A stretch of 64,000 bases of DNA from the NCBI GenBank assembly GCA_024405755.1, contig JAKSOD010000005.1, positions 3,412-67,411 of the forward strand, in the 5' to 3' direction. The translations under genes were made by a program, and so were the position numbers. This stretch comes from Clostridia bacterium. GTDB taxonomy: Bacteria; Bacillota; Clostridia; Oscillospirales; CAG-272. The notes under the pieces are model-generated. The model searched no databases and had not been told where the DNA came from. It was given only the letters and a program-made list of their open reading frames with translations. Positions 55,360 to 64,000 of this stretch are shown piece by piece; position 1 is the first letter of the stretch, and the number at the start of each line of letters is the position of its first letter.

Positions 55360-56223
55360 ATGGCAGGTATCAGATACGAAAACCGTGCCGCCGATTATTA
55401 TTGCCGCACGGATAAAGACGGAAAAATAAGACTGAATTGCAGTCCGCACCTTCACTATCATATAGAGTTTGTCTGTATGATCGAAGGAAACACCGAAGCA
55501 TTTGCCGATGCAGATGAATATACTGTCCATGCGGGAGATCTCTTTATTTCTTTCCCGAATCAGGTTCACCGTTTTGTATCGTCCGGTCCGGAAAAATACC
55601 GTATTTTTATCGTCAGTCCAGAACTCACACCCGAATTCCACAGAATATTCACGTCCGGAGTACCGCGTTCCGCTGTTATCCGCGGTGCCGCCGCAGATCC
55701 CGAAATCAACGCCATAACAGCGGCGCTCACTGATTATTCCGGAAACCTCAAACCCGTCAACGACACTCTTTCCGATCCTTACCGTAATGCCGTTATCCGC
55801 GGCTATCTGCTTGCCCTCTTCGGAAGACTCCTGCCTATGATTGATATTTCAACTCCCAAAACAGAAGATTCCCGCGCGCTTCGGGAAGTCGTTGGGTACT
55901 GCTCAGAACACTATGCCGAGGATCTTTCCCTTGATATGCTCGAAAACGAACTTCATCTGAGCAAGTATTACATATCGCATTTATTCTCGGAAAAACTCGG
56001 GATCAGATTCAATGATTATGTTAATTCCCTCCGTGTCTCTCATGCCTGCCGCCTGCTTCGCCGTGAGGATATGCAGATCACGGAAGTTGCCGCCTCGGTC
56101 GGTTTCAATACTCTGCGCACCTTCAACCGTGCTTTCGCCCGTTTCCGCGGAATGTCACCGAGCGAATTTCGCCGTTCCGGAGCACGCCGCACAGATGGAG
56201 CATCAATGCTTCCGGTATACTGA
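55360..56223 (+). CDS. AraC family transcriptional regulator (cupin sensor plus HTH)
   Basis: The C-terminal HTH_18 region contains YISHLFSEKLG and GFNTLRTFNRAF. Confidence 0.9.
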   Translation: MAGIRYENRAADYYCRTDKDGKIRLNCSPHLHYHIEFVCMIEGNTEAFADADEYTVHAGDLFISFPNQVHRFVSSGPEKYRIFIVSPELTPEFHRIFTSGVPRSAVIRGAAADPEINAITAALTDYSGNLKPVNDTLSDPYRNAVIRGYLLALFGRLLPMIDISTPKTEDSRALREVVGYCSEHYAEDLSLDMLENELHLSKYYISHLFSEKLGIRFNDYVNSLRVSHACRLLRREDMQITEVAASVGFNTLRTFNRAFARFRGMSPSEFRRSGARRTDGASMLPVY

Positions 56224-56258
56224 TATTCTGATATTTATTTTCAAAGGACTTCTGTATT

Positions 56259-57422
56259 ATGACTGAATTACTGGGAAAATTATTCGTAAAGAATTACCAA
56301 AATGTAAATGAGAAGAGCGTACGACGCGGATGGGGAACACTTGTCAGCATTGTCGGAATTATTTTTAATATTCTTCTTTTCGTCGGCAAATTTGCCGTCG
56401 GTACGCTTTTCGGTGCACTTTCAATTACCGCAGATGCCGTGAACAACCTCTCCGACGCCGGGTCACAGTTGATATCACTCGTAAGTTTTCGTCTTGCCGC
56501 AAAGCCTGCCGACAGAGATCACCCGTTCGGTCACGCAAGGATCGAATATATTGCGTCAATGATCGTTTCCTTCCTTATTATTCATATCGGATTCGATCTG
56601 TTCAAAGATGCGCTTGACAAGATCATTCACCCGGGGGTTCCTACCGAATCATCGTGGCTCTCCGTCGCTGTTCTTGCAGTTTCCATTGCGGTCAAACTCT
56701 GGCTTGCCCTATTCAATAAAAGAGTCGGCAAAAAAATCAATTCCGCCGTTATGGAAGCAACCGCCGCCGACAGTCTGTCCGACGTTGCCGCAACATCAGC
56801 AGTTCTCGTGTCACAACTCATTATCCGTTTCTTCGGATTTGATCTTGACGCATGGCTCGGCGCAGTTGTCTCACTGCTTATCATGTGGGCAGGTATCGGA
56901 ATCATGCGCACAACCATGAACTCCCTGCTCGGAGAAGCCCCCGACGCCGAAATGGTAAAAGAAGTCGTTGACCTGATTCTTTCACACCCCGGTGCACTCG
57001 GAGTTCACGATCTTATGGCGCATAATTACGGTCCCGGATGCATGATAGTTTCCGTCCACGTCGAAGTTGACGGCTCCGTTGACGTTTTCAAATCACACGA
57101 TATGATAGACAATATCGAAAAAAAGATCAACGAAGACCTCGGAATCATCGCAACCATTCACCTCGATCCCATCGTCACGGACGACGATGAAACCAACTCG
57201 ATGCGTGAGATCACTATTGCAAAAATGCGTGAAATTGATCCCGCGGTCCACATCCACGACTTTCGTTTTGTGCGCGGAAATACTCATACAAACCTGATTT
57301 TTGACATTGAAGTACCGTTTGAAGTTCCTCTTTCCGATCAGCAGATAAAGGAGACCGCCAACTCCAAAATAAGAGAAATAAATCCCAATTACCGCACTGT
57401 GATCACGGTAGACCGCTGCTGA
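56259..57422 (+). CDS. cation diffusion facilitator family transporter
   Basis: TM domain with DAVNNLSD and HPFGHARIE motifs, plus a C-terminal cytoplasmic domain. Confidence 0.9.
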   Translation: MTELLGKLFVKNYQNVNEKSVRRGWGTLVSIVGIIFNILLFVGKFAVGTLFGALSITADAVNNLSDAGSQLISLVSFRLAAKPADRDHPFGHARIEYIASMIVSFLIIHIGFDLFKDALDKIIHPGVPTESSWLSVAVLAVSIAVKLWLALFNKRVGKKINSAVMEATAADSLSDVAATSAVLVSQLIIRFFGFDLDAWLGAVVSLLIMWAGIGIMRTTMNSLLGEAPDAEMVKEVVDLILSHPGALGVHDLMAHNYGPGCMIVSVHVEVDGSVDVFKSHDMIDNIEKKINEDLGIIATIHLDPIVTDDDETNSMREITIAKMREIDPAVHIHDFRFVRGNTHTNLIFDIEVPFEVPLSDQQIKETANSKIREINPNYRTVITVDRC

Positions 57423-57454
57423 ATCGTCATTTCCGAACAAAAACGGAGAAATCC

Positions 57455-58564
57455 ATGTATCTTCTTATAAAACCGGCGTCGGGTGCCTGTGATCTGAGAT
57501 GCCGATACTGCTTCTATGCCGACGAAATGGAAAACCGTACACACGCCGTCAGAAAAATGATGTCGTGCGAAGATATTGAGACAATTATAGAACGTGCACT
57601 CGTGTACATATCGTCACTGTCCGAACGACGGGCACGAACTCTCTCGCTCGGATTTCAGGGCGGAGAGCCTACTCTTGCAGGACTCGGTTTCTATCGCTGT
57701 GCAGTTGATGCCGTGAAAAGATTTAATTCGGAAAAAATTCCCGTTTCGTGGTTCTTGCAGACAAACGGTATGCACATTGACCGTGAATGGGCGATTTTTC
57801 TCGCAGAAAACCATTTTCTTGTAGGTCTTTCATTGGACGGCACTTCTGATCTTCACGATAAAAACCGTATTCGTTCGAATGGAGGCGGAACTCACTCAGC
57901 AATATTGCGCGCCGCTAGAATCCTGCGTGAAGCAGGAGCAGATTTCAATATAATTACCGTGCTGACCGGTGACAACGCCCGCAGTCCTCAGAAACTATAT
58001 AACTATTTCAAAAAGCAGGGATTCATCTGGCAGCAGTATATCCCGTGTATCGCTCCGCTCGGATGCGGGGACACCGTGTGGACTCTGACACCGGAAAAAT
58101 ACGGGGATTTTCTCTGCCGGCTGTTTGATCTTTGGTATGATGATCTCACCTCAGGTATGAAACGTGTGTATAACCGTGAGTTTGAAAACTGGATCGGGAT
58201 ACTCGCGGGTATCGAACCCGAAGAATGCGGTATGAGAGGAATTTGTTCGGAACAGTATCTTATTGAGTCCGACGGAAGCGTATATCCCTGCGATTTTTAC
58301 GCTCTTGATGAATACTGTCTCGGAAATATACTCACAGATTCTTTCGTACAGATAGACAAAAAGCGTGAAGAGATCGGATTCATCTCCGCTTCCCTTTTAC
58401 TTCCCGATGAATGCCGGGAATGCCAATGGCTTCCTCTCTGCCGTGGGGGATGCCGCAGAAACCGTGATGAAAACGGAAAAAACCGCTTCTGCGAAGCGTA
58501 TAAAAAATTTTTCACACACGCATTACCGCGAATGCAGCATCTTGCATCAACGGTAAGGCACTGA
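57455..58564 (+). CDS. radical SAM/SPASM maturase (anaerobic sulfatase-maturating enzyme-like)
   Basis: LLIKPASGACDLRCRYCFY, FQGGEPTLAG, ESDGSVYPCDFY and the SPASM motif CRECQWLPLCRGGCRRNR. It is collinear with Clostridium anSME as far as I recall that sequence. Confidence 0.88.
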   Translation: MYLLIKPASGACDLRCRYCFYADEMENRTHAVRKMMSCEDIETIIERALVYISSLSERRARTLSLGFQGGEPTLAGLGFYRCAVDAVKRFNSEKIPVSWFLQTNGMHIDREWAIFLAENHFLVGLSLDGTSDLHDKNRIRSNGGGTHSAILRAARILREAGADFNIITVLTGDNARSPQKLYNYFKKQGFIWQQYIPCIAPLGCGDTVWTLTPEKYGDFLCRLFDLWYDDLTSGMKRVYNREFENWIGILAGIEPEECGMRGICSEQYLIESDGSVYPCDFYALDEYCLGNILTDSFVQIDKKREEIGFISASLLLPDECRECQWLPLCRGGCRRNRDENGKNRFCEAYKKFFTHALPRMQHLASTVRH

Positions 58565-58597
58565 AATACAAAAAATAATTTCCAGGAGGAAAGAATA

Positions 58598-59275
58598 ATG
58601 CGTTACGAAATCAAAGGCGGGAGTTTTCCCGTCGTCATCTGCCAACTTGAAGACGGTGAACAAATGATAACCGAAAAGGGTGCTATGTCGTGGATGTCAC
58701 CCAACCTTGAAATGAAAACTTCCGGCGGCGGTATCGGTAAAATGTTCTCGAAGGCATTCTCGGGTGAGAGTATGTTCCAGAATATCTATACTGCTCACGG
58801 ATCCGGAATGATCGCTTTCGGATCGAGCTTTCCCGGACGTATTCTTACACTCGAAATCGGTCCCGGAAAAGAAATGATCCTTCAAAAAAGTGCTTTCCTT
58901 GCATCCGAAATCGGAGTTGATCTATCGATCCATTTCAATAAACGCCTCGGTGCAGGATTCTTCGGCGGTGAAGGCTTTATTATGCAGAAACTCTCCGGTA
59001 ACGGCATCGCCTTTGCCGAGATCGACGGTGATCTTGTCGAATATGACCTTGCTCCCGGTCAGAAGATCGTAGTGGATACCGGTGCCGTTGCCGGATTTGA
59101 AACCAGCGTCAGCATGGAGATCCAGCAGGTCGCCGGACTGAAAAACAAATTTTTCGGCGGTGAAGGCTTCTTCAATACCGTCCTCACCGGTCCCGGCAAA
59201 GTCTGGCTGCAAACAATGCCGATTTCAAGTGTTGCCGCCTCTATCAGATCCTATATTCCCTCAAGCAGCAACTGA
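58598..59275 (+). CDS. TIGR00266/AIM24 (DUF124) family protein
   Basis: MRYEIKGGSFPVV...GEGF repeats typical of the family. Confidence 0.85.
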   Translation: MRYEIKGGSFPVVICQLEDGEQMITEKGAMSWMSPNLEMKTSGGGIGKMFSKAFSGESMFQNIYTAHGSGMIAFGSSFPGRILTLEIGPGKEMILQKSAFLASEIGVDLSIHFNKRLGAGFFGGEGFIMQKLSGNGIAFAEIDGDLVEYDLAPGQKIVVDTGAVAGFETSVSMEIQQVAGLKNKFFGGEGFFNTVLTGPGKVWLQTMPISSVAASIRSYIPSSSN

Positions 59276-59319
59276 TCGGCACTTCTTAACGGAATTGTCA
59301 TAACAAAAGTTTTTCCCAT

Positions 59320-59363
59320 AAACATAAAAGCAGAAGTCAGAATCGGCTTCTGCTTTTATGTTT
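59320..59363 (+). terminator. intrinsic terminator ending the comM...TIGR00266 gene string
   Basis: 17-bp perfect stem AAACATAAAAGCAGAAG / CTTCTGCTTTTATGTTT. Confidence 0.75.
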
Positions 59364-59463
59364 GAAGACCGTGTTCTTCTGTCCCGCCGTATGCTGAAGG
59401 TATGATCCCTATGTCTGACCTCTTTACGTTTCCTCAGTCAAAATAAAAAATTACGTTCAGGGG

Positions 59464-59492
59464 TTGTTTTATCTTTGCGATTATGGTATAAT
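59464..59492 (+). promoter_or_regulatory. sigma-A promoter of the exonuclease gene
   Basis: TTGTTT, 17-nt spacer, TGgTATAAT. Confidence 0.5.
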
Positions 59493-59568
59493 AATTAATT
59501 GGTATGGACTTTTGACGCGGGTCGCGTCCGCGTTTAACATAAAATAAACATAAAACGGAGGTCTGGTT

Positions 59569-60654
59569 TTGAAAGACACCATCAGACTGCGCTCAGGGGC
59601 TGCGGTTACGCAGGTCAGCTGCCGTGAAGCGCAAACAAAAAACTATCTCGACAGAAGCACAATGCAGCTTCTCCACCTTTCTCCTGACGGTGCTCCCGTA
59701 GGTTATACTCCACTTGACGACGGCGGAGTGAAATTCTGGTTTGACCCCGAAAACGTAGTCGGCACAGATCCCGAACTCTGGTATGCACCCGACGCCCGTC
59801 ACGAAACACTCGTTCTCCCCTCCGGTACTCCCATTGAACGGACAACAGTCAGACGTGCGGCTTCCATGGGATTCCTGACCAAAGAACGTCTTACCGCTAT
59901 GCACCTCGAAGTAATCGAGGAGCCTGTCGCCTTCTCACGCAGAAGCAGTGACAAGAGTATAATTTATTTTTATGATAAACAAACTACTGTCCGTATGCCC
60001 CTTATGTGCGTACGCTGCGGAAAAGACGTCAGGTTCAAGAAGAAGCTCTGCCGTGCCTGCTATGAGGAAGACCTTGCAGTACGCCGTGCGGAAGGTGACG
60101 CACACAGAAGTCAGCACTACGGAATGGACCGTTCCCGTGTTCTCTTTTTCGATCTTGAACTCACCGGATTCTACGATCATGACGAGATCATCTCTATCAG
60201 TATAGTAAATGCTCTCGGTGATGTCATAATGGACACTCTCGTTCATCCCATTCATACCAAGAAATGGAACCGGACCGTCAAGATCCACGGTATTACCCCC
60301 GAAATGACCGCTGATGCCCGGACTCTCGAAGAACTCACGCCTGAGATCAAGCGCATTTTTGCCGATGCCGATAATATTATCGCCTACGGAGTATCCACGG
60401 ATTACAGCCATATCAAATACATATACGATACTGAGGAGGAGCGACTCGCCCTTAAAGACAAAGTCCGTGACTGCGCCAATGAATTCGTACGCTATACTCA
60501 CGAACACCGCCCCGATGTCGAACATGCAAGTCTTACAGACGCAATGGCGTGTTTTGAAATAGAGTGGGACGGAGTCGCCCATACATCTATTGCAGATACC
60601 ATCGGTTGTATGAAAGTTTGGGAAAAGCTCTTCCCAAACTACTACGCAGATTGA
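59569..60654 (+). CDS. DEDDh 3'-5' exonuclease domain protein with an uncharacterised N-terminal region and a zinc ribbon
   Basis: TTG start with GGAGG 7 nt upstream. Exo motifs FFDLELTG, AYGVSTDYSHI and HTSIADT. Zinc ribbon CVRCG...CRAC. Confidence 0.8.
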   Translation: MKDTIRLRSGAAVTQVSCREAQTKNYLDRSTMQLLHLSPDGAPVGYTPLDDGGVKFWFDPENVVGTDPELWYAPDARHETLVLPSGTPIERTTVRRAASMGFLTKERLTAMHLEVIEEPVAFSRRSSDKSIIYFYDKQTTVRMPLMCVRCGKDVRFKKKLCRACYEEDLAVRRAEGDAHRSQHYGMDRSRVLFFDLELTGFYDHDEIISISIVNALGDVIMDTLVHPIHTKKWNRTVKIHGITPEMTADARTLEELTPEIKRIFADADNIIAYGVSTDYSHIKYIYDTEEERLALKDKVRDCANEFVRYTHEHRPDVEHASLTDAMACFEIEWDGVAHTSIADTIGCMKVWEKLFPNYYAD

Positions 60655-60684
60655 TACAACACCTTACACGGAAAGAGGAAAAAA

Positions 60685-61098
60685 ATGATGAAGCACTATT
60701 TCCGCCGTAAAAATCCCGTTCTTTATGAAAATAACGAGAATCCCGTAAATCCCGAAAAAGAAATATCCTTTGCGGGCGAAGAGAACACCGGAATCAAAGA
60801 GTCTGAGGAAAACGATGATTACGCTCTTCTCATCACAGCTCAGGACAACAGCGAAGCTGCCGTGATAGAAAGTATTCTGCGGAATGCACGTATTCCCTAC
60901 GTTACCCGAGAAAAAGACTCTGAGAGTTGGATGAGAGTTATGATGGGATATAATATCTTCGGAGAGGATTTCTTCGTTCCCGCACGTCTGCTTGATGACG
61001 CTGCCGCTCTTCTTGTCCCGGAAGATGCCGAGGGAGAAGATATCATGGAAACCGAAACCCACGACGAGGAAGGCAAAGAGGATCAGAACAATGCGTGA
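60685..61098 (+). CDS. small acidic protein, DUF2007-like (putative signal-transducing fold)
   Basis: RBS AAGAGGA. Its 3' end overlaps the thiI start by 8 nt. The LLITAQDNSEAAVIESILRNARIPY segment resembles DUF2007. Confidence 0.6.
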   Translation: MMKHYFRRKNPVLYENNENPVNPEKEISFAGEENTGIKESEENDDYALLITAQDNSEAAVIESILRNARIPYVTREKDSESWMRVMMGYNIFGEDFFVPARLLDDAAALLVPEDAEGEDIMETETHDEEGKEDQNNA

Positions 61099-62287
61099 AA
61101 TAATTCTTTGCAAATACGGCGAGATCGCCCTGAAAGGTGCAAATCGCTCATCTTTTGAAGCTTTGCTTTGCCGTGAACTCAAATTCCGCCTCTCCGGAAT
61201 AGGAAAATTCAGCGTCATTCGTTCACAAAGCACGATACGGATCGAACCGAAAGAAGGTTGGGAACCTGATGCCGACGCCTTCGACGCCGCCTATAACGTA
61301 GCATCTCATACCTTTGGAATAATCGCCGTATGCCGCTGTGCCGCGGCGGAAAAGAACATGGATTCCATATCCGCCCTGTCCGTCGGTTATCTGGCTCAGA
61401 CTATGCAGAGTGTGAAGACTTTCAAGGTCGAAACCAAACGCGCGGATAAACGCTTTCCGCTTCACTCCGGAGATGTAAGTGCCGAACTCGGTGCAGTTCT
61501 GCTTGAACACTTTCCGCATCTGCGTGTAAACGTCCGCGAGCCGGATGTGGTTGTCAAATGCGAGATACGCGAAGATGCCGCATATATCAGCGCAGGTCAG
61601 GTTCATGCAGCAGGCGGTATGCCTGTCGGATCAAACGGGAAGGGACTGCTTCTCCTTTCCGGGGGTATCGACTCCCCCGTTGCCGGATGGATGATGGCAA
61701 AACGCGGAGTAAAACTTGAAGCCGTTTACTTTGAAGCGTTCCCGTATACAAGTATGCAGGCAAGAGAAAAAGTGATTGAACTTGCCCGTATCGTCAGCGG
61801 TTGGGCAGGAAGCATAAAACTCCATGTGGTTTCACTGACAAAAATCGAAGAAGAACTGTCACATAACTGCTGTGAAGATTACTTCACGTTGCTGCTGCGC
61901 AGATTTATGATGCACATTGCCGGAAAGATCGCCAAACGTACCGATTGTGAAGCTCTCATCACCGGAGAAAGTATGGGGCAGGTTGCATCACAGACCATGC
62001 AGGCACTGGGGGTTACTGACAGTACGGTGGATATGCCCGTATTCCGTCCGTGTATCGGACTTGATAAGGAAGAGATCATAATCACCGCCCGCCGGATAGG
62101 AACATTTGAAACTTCGATACTTCCATATGAGGATTGCTGCACAGTGTTTACTCCCAAGCACCCTAAGACACGACCTGAACTTGACAAGGTAATTGCCGAG
62201 GAAAAAAAGGTTGACTTTGACGCGCTTGCAGATGAAGCACTGAACAGCGAAGAAATCATAAATATCAGACCGATTTTCGGGAAATGA
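61091..62287 (+). CDS. thiI: tRNA 4-thiouridine(8) synthase
   Basis: ORF 60992.. trimmed to ATG 61091 (MREIILCKYGEIALKG). THUMP domain and PP-loop SGGIDSPVA. Confidence 0.94.
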   Translation: MREIILCKYGEIALKGANRSSFEALLCRELKFRLSGIGKFSVIRSQSTIRIEPKEGWEPDADAFDAAYNVASHTFGIIAVCRCAAAEKNMDSISALSVGYLAQTMQSVKTFKVETKRADKRFPLHSGDVSAELGAVLLEHFPHLRVNVREPDVVVKCEIREDAAYISAGQVHAAGGMPVGSNGKGLLLLSGGIDSPVAGWMMAKRGVKLEAVYFEAFPYTSMQAREKVIELARIVSGWAGSIKLHVVSLTKIEEELSHNCCEDYFTLLLRRFMMHIAGKIAKRTDCEALITGESMGQVASQTMQALGVTDSTVDMPVFRPCIGLDKEEIIITARRIGTFETSILPYEDCCTVFTPKHPKTRPELDKVIAEEKKVDFDALADEALNSEEIINIRPIFGK

Positions 62288-62331
62288 ATATACCGTTAAA
62301 AAACGGAGTTCCCCGCAATTCAGTTTCAGCG

Positions 62332-62372
62332 AAAAAAACTTGAACTTTTTATAGAAAAGTTCAAGTTTTTTT
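62332..62372 (+). terminator. intrinsic terminator of thiI
   Basis: A7-CTTGAACTTTT / GAAAAGTTCAAG-T7. Confidence 0.8.
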
Positions 62373-62382
62373 GAAATATATA

Positions 62383-62411
62383 TTGACATTCCGGATGAAT
62401 TGTGATATTAT
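62383..62411 (+). promoter_or_regulatory. consensus promoter of the tRNA-Arg gene
   Basis: TTGACA, 17-nt spacer, TGaTATTAT. Confidence 0.7.
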
Positions 62412-62441
62412 ATATAGGCTCTCAAGAGAGTGCGATAAAAT

Positions 62442-62518
62442 GCGCCGTTAGCTCAGCTGGATAGAGTGTTTGGCTACGAACCAAAAGGCCGGGGGTTCGA
62501 GTCCCTTACGGCGCGCCA
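62442..62518 (+). tRNA. tRNA-Arg (anticodon ACG), CCA encoded
   Basis: Manual cloverleaf. Acceptor stem GCGCCGT/ACGGCGC, D-arm GCTC-AGCTGGATA-GAGT, anticodon arm TTTGG-CTACGAA-CCAAA, T-arm GGGGG-TTCGAGT-CCCTT, discriminator G, then CCA. Confidence 0.9.
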
Positions 62519-62520
62519 CA

Positions 62521-62553
62521 AAACACCTCATTGCTTTTGCAATGAGGTGTTTT
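62521..62553 (+). terminator. terminator after tRNA-Arg
   Basis: 14-bp stem AAACACCTCATTGC / GCAATGAGGTGTTT with a TTTT loop. Confidence 0.75.
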
Positions 62554-62631
62554 GTATTTGTTCGTGTCGGAGTGGAACGAAAACACATTATGCATTGTTT
62601 CCACATGAGTCCTTACAGTGCATTTTGCAAT

Positions 62632-63417
62632 TCAATTCGCGTCTTTCCCGTTTATTTCATCTATGTATTCTATGCTTTTTGCCGTTACCGTCACCCATGC
62701 GGGACGAAATCCGGATTTTATGGCATTGCGTGATGAAGCTAAATTGGACCATGCATGACAATAAAAAGGCACGTATCCTCTGTCAAGTATTTCGCAGGCA
62801 AGGCGCGACGTCAGCGCCGAAGCGATCCCGCGGCGACGGTATTCCGGAAGTACGTCGATCCCTATCTGCCACATAGTGTCACAATCGGCAGACGCCGCCG
62901 CAAATCCGATCAGTCTCTCCCCGTCGTATGCCCCGACTCCGAGCATATCAAGCTGAGGACGTTTCGCGCACAAAGCATTGCTCCATTCCGGCAGATATAG
63001 TCCTCCGAAATCATTCCTTGTCAGAATCCTTGTTTCGTATAGGCAGTCAAGCGGTCTTATAATTCCGACATCCGGCAGACAGTAATGTGCCATAAAACAC
63101 ACATCAAGTCCCATAGAACGCAAAGCTGAACTCAAAATGTGTAACCCCGGTGTTTCAAAACAATCCACCGCGGAAAACCGCTTGATATACGCCTCAGCAG
63201 GAGCATAGCATCTCTCCGATACCGACGCCACCACACAGTTTCCGTATGACGTCAGGTCACACTCATAAGGCAATGTCAAATAACGCCGCGCGTCGGGAGA
63301 CGGTCGCGACAAAAAAATCTTGTTTTTATTTCCAAGAAAATCTTCCGGCGCGCACGCGCTGTCGATCGCAGACTGCCGCAGAGCGATCATCAGTATATCT
63401 TCATTTGTAAATTTCAT
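62632..63417 (-). CDS. GNAT family N-acetyltransferase
   Basis: ORF trimmed to ATG 63417 (MKFTNEDIL; RBS AAAGGAAAA). The acetyl-CoA site is VLPEYRRRGIASALT. Confidence 0.82.
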   Translation of the reverse strand: MKFTNEDILMIALRQSAIDSACAPEDFLGNKNKIFLSRPSPDARRYLTLPYECDLTSYGNCVVASVSERCYAPAEAYIKRFSAVDCFETPGLHILSSALRSMGLDVCFMAHYCLPDVGIIRPLDCLYETRILTRNDFGGLYLPEWSNALCAKRPQLDMLGVGAYDGERLIGFAAASADCDTMWQIGIDVLPEYRRRGIASALTSRLACEILDRGYVPFYCHAWSNLASSRNAIKSGFRPAWVTVTAKSIEYIDEINGKDAN

Positions 63418-63499
63418 TTTTTCCTTTTTCCGTTTGTTTTTTCTTATTTTACACTGCCGGCTCCCGAATGTCAATCCCATATTACATAATAATTTTATA

Positions 63500-63528
63500 T
63501 TGTCAAATTTCGCATTTTGTGCTATAAT
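63500..63528 (+). promoter_or_regulatory. sigma-A promoter of the PHP-domain gene
   Basis: TTGTCA, 17-nt spacer, TGcTATAAT. Confidence 0.55.
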
Positions 63529-63564
63529 ATACCCGAAAAAGTACAAACAGAAAAGAGCATCCAA

Positions 63565-64000
63565 ATGTACAAATACGAAACTCATCTTCACACCCTTCCC
63601 GTCAGCAAATGCGCCAAATCATTCGTTGATGACACTCTTACCTTTTATGCCTCCGAAGGATACGACGGCGTTTTCATAACCAACCATTTCCTTGACGGAA
63701 ATATCAACATTGACTGCGACGTCCCTTATGAAGAGAAGATCAATTTTTATTTTTCCGATTACGAAAACGGAGTGGAAATCGGAAAGAAAATCGGATTGCG
63801 GGTCTTTCAGGGCGTGGAAATGTCCTACAAAGGCACTGATTTTCTCGTCTACGGGCTCGACAAGCAATGGTATCTTGATCATCCGGAAATCATGGATATG
63901 GAAAAAAGCACCGAACTTCCCTATCTGATGGAGCACGGTGCGCTTGTCGTTCAGGCTCACCCGTACCGCGAAGCATCATATATCGACCATATACGTCTCT
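63565..64000 (+). CDS. PHP-domain metal-dependent phosphoesterase, N-terminal fragment (runs off the window)
   Basis: The frame is open from ATG 63565 to the window end. The translation MYKYETHLHTLPVSKCA...VVQAHPYRE carries the HxH and later His motifs of the PHP fold. It is absent from the ORF track because there is no stop codon in the window. Confidence 0.75.
   Translation, partial: MYKYETHLHTLPVSKCAKSFVDDTLTFYASEGYDGVFITNHFLDGNINIDCDVPYEEKINFYFSDYENGVEIGKKIGLRVFQGVEMSYKGTDFLVYGLDKQWYLDHPEIMDMEKSTELPYLMEHGALVVQAHPYREASYIDHIRL

Noticed and set aside
60664-61233. A 189-aa minus-strand ORF opposite the DUF2007-like gene and the thiI start.
   Set aside because: It overlaps two co-oriented plus-strand genes that have RBSs and translational coupling, and it has no recognisable motifs.
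63619-63960. A 113-aa minus-strand ORF.
   Set aside because: It lies antisense to the open PHP-domain frame, which starts at 63565 with its own promoter and has clear PHP motifs.
62442-64000. A tRNA-Arg-adjacent genomic island (GNAT and PHP genes).
   Set aside because: There is no integrase, no direct repeat of the tRNA 3' end in the remaining 1.5 kb, and no clear compositional break.
1-64000. A window-wide search by eye for CRISPR repeats, IS or transposase genes, integrases, phage structural genes, toxin-antitoxin pairs, and known defence modules such as restriction-modification systems, Cas genes and retron RT genes.
   Set aside because: None was found. All long ORFs are accounted for by housekeeping or ordinary accessory functions. 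I therefore do not claim that a novel multi-gene system is present.

Overview
The window is a chromosomal, mostly housekeeping segment of a roughly 50% GC spore-forming Firmicute that looks Clostridia-like. Support for this comes from GGAGG-type Shine-Dalgarno sites, consensus extended -10 sigma-A promoters, a spoVM micro-gene and strong avoidance of TTA/CTA/TCA codons. About 60 CDS and one tRNA are supportable.

Conserved gene blocks:
- argG-argH
- rubrerythrin
- rpsO-pnp
- efp
- yicC-remA-rpoZ-priA-def-fmt-(Zn peptidase)-rsmB-rlmN-stp-prkC-(unknown)-rsgA-thiN-spoVM
- ygiQ and mgtE
- rimP-nusA-ylxR-ylxQ-infB-nudix (minus strand)
- gdpP-rplI-dnaB
- tilS-hpt-ftsH
- comM-araC-CDF-anSME-TIGR00266
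- exonuclease-DUF2007-like-thiI
- tRNA-Arg(ACG)

I see no CRISPR array, transposase, integrase, phage module or recognisable multi-gene defence system, and I do not claim one.

The observations most worth a second look:
1. An AT-rich eamA cassette lies between the arms of a perfect 16-18 bp inverted repeat that looks like a split bidirectional terminator.
2. A small acidic protein downstream of efp ends in an extraordinary Cys/Asp cluster encoded by a 39-bp-period in-frame duplication.
3. A 167-bp element bounded by terminal inverted repeats sits between yicC and remA, with a related solo end elsewhere.
4. A G7 homopolymer separates the natural ATG of mgtE from the rest of its reading frame.
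5. Two micro-ORFs missing from the ORF track are present, one of them spoVM.
6. An uncharacterised 541-aa membrane protein is embedded between prkC and rsgA.
7. A GLUG-like surface protein has a Gly-Cys C-terminal anchor instead of LPXTG.

All functional calls rest on motif recognition by eye and on synteny. No database search was run.
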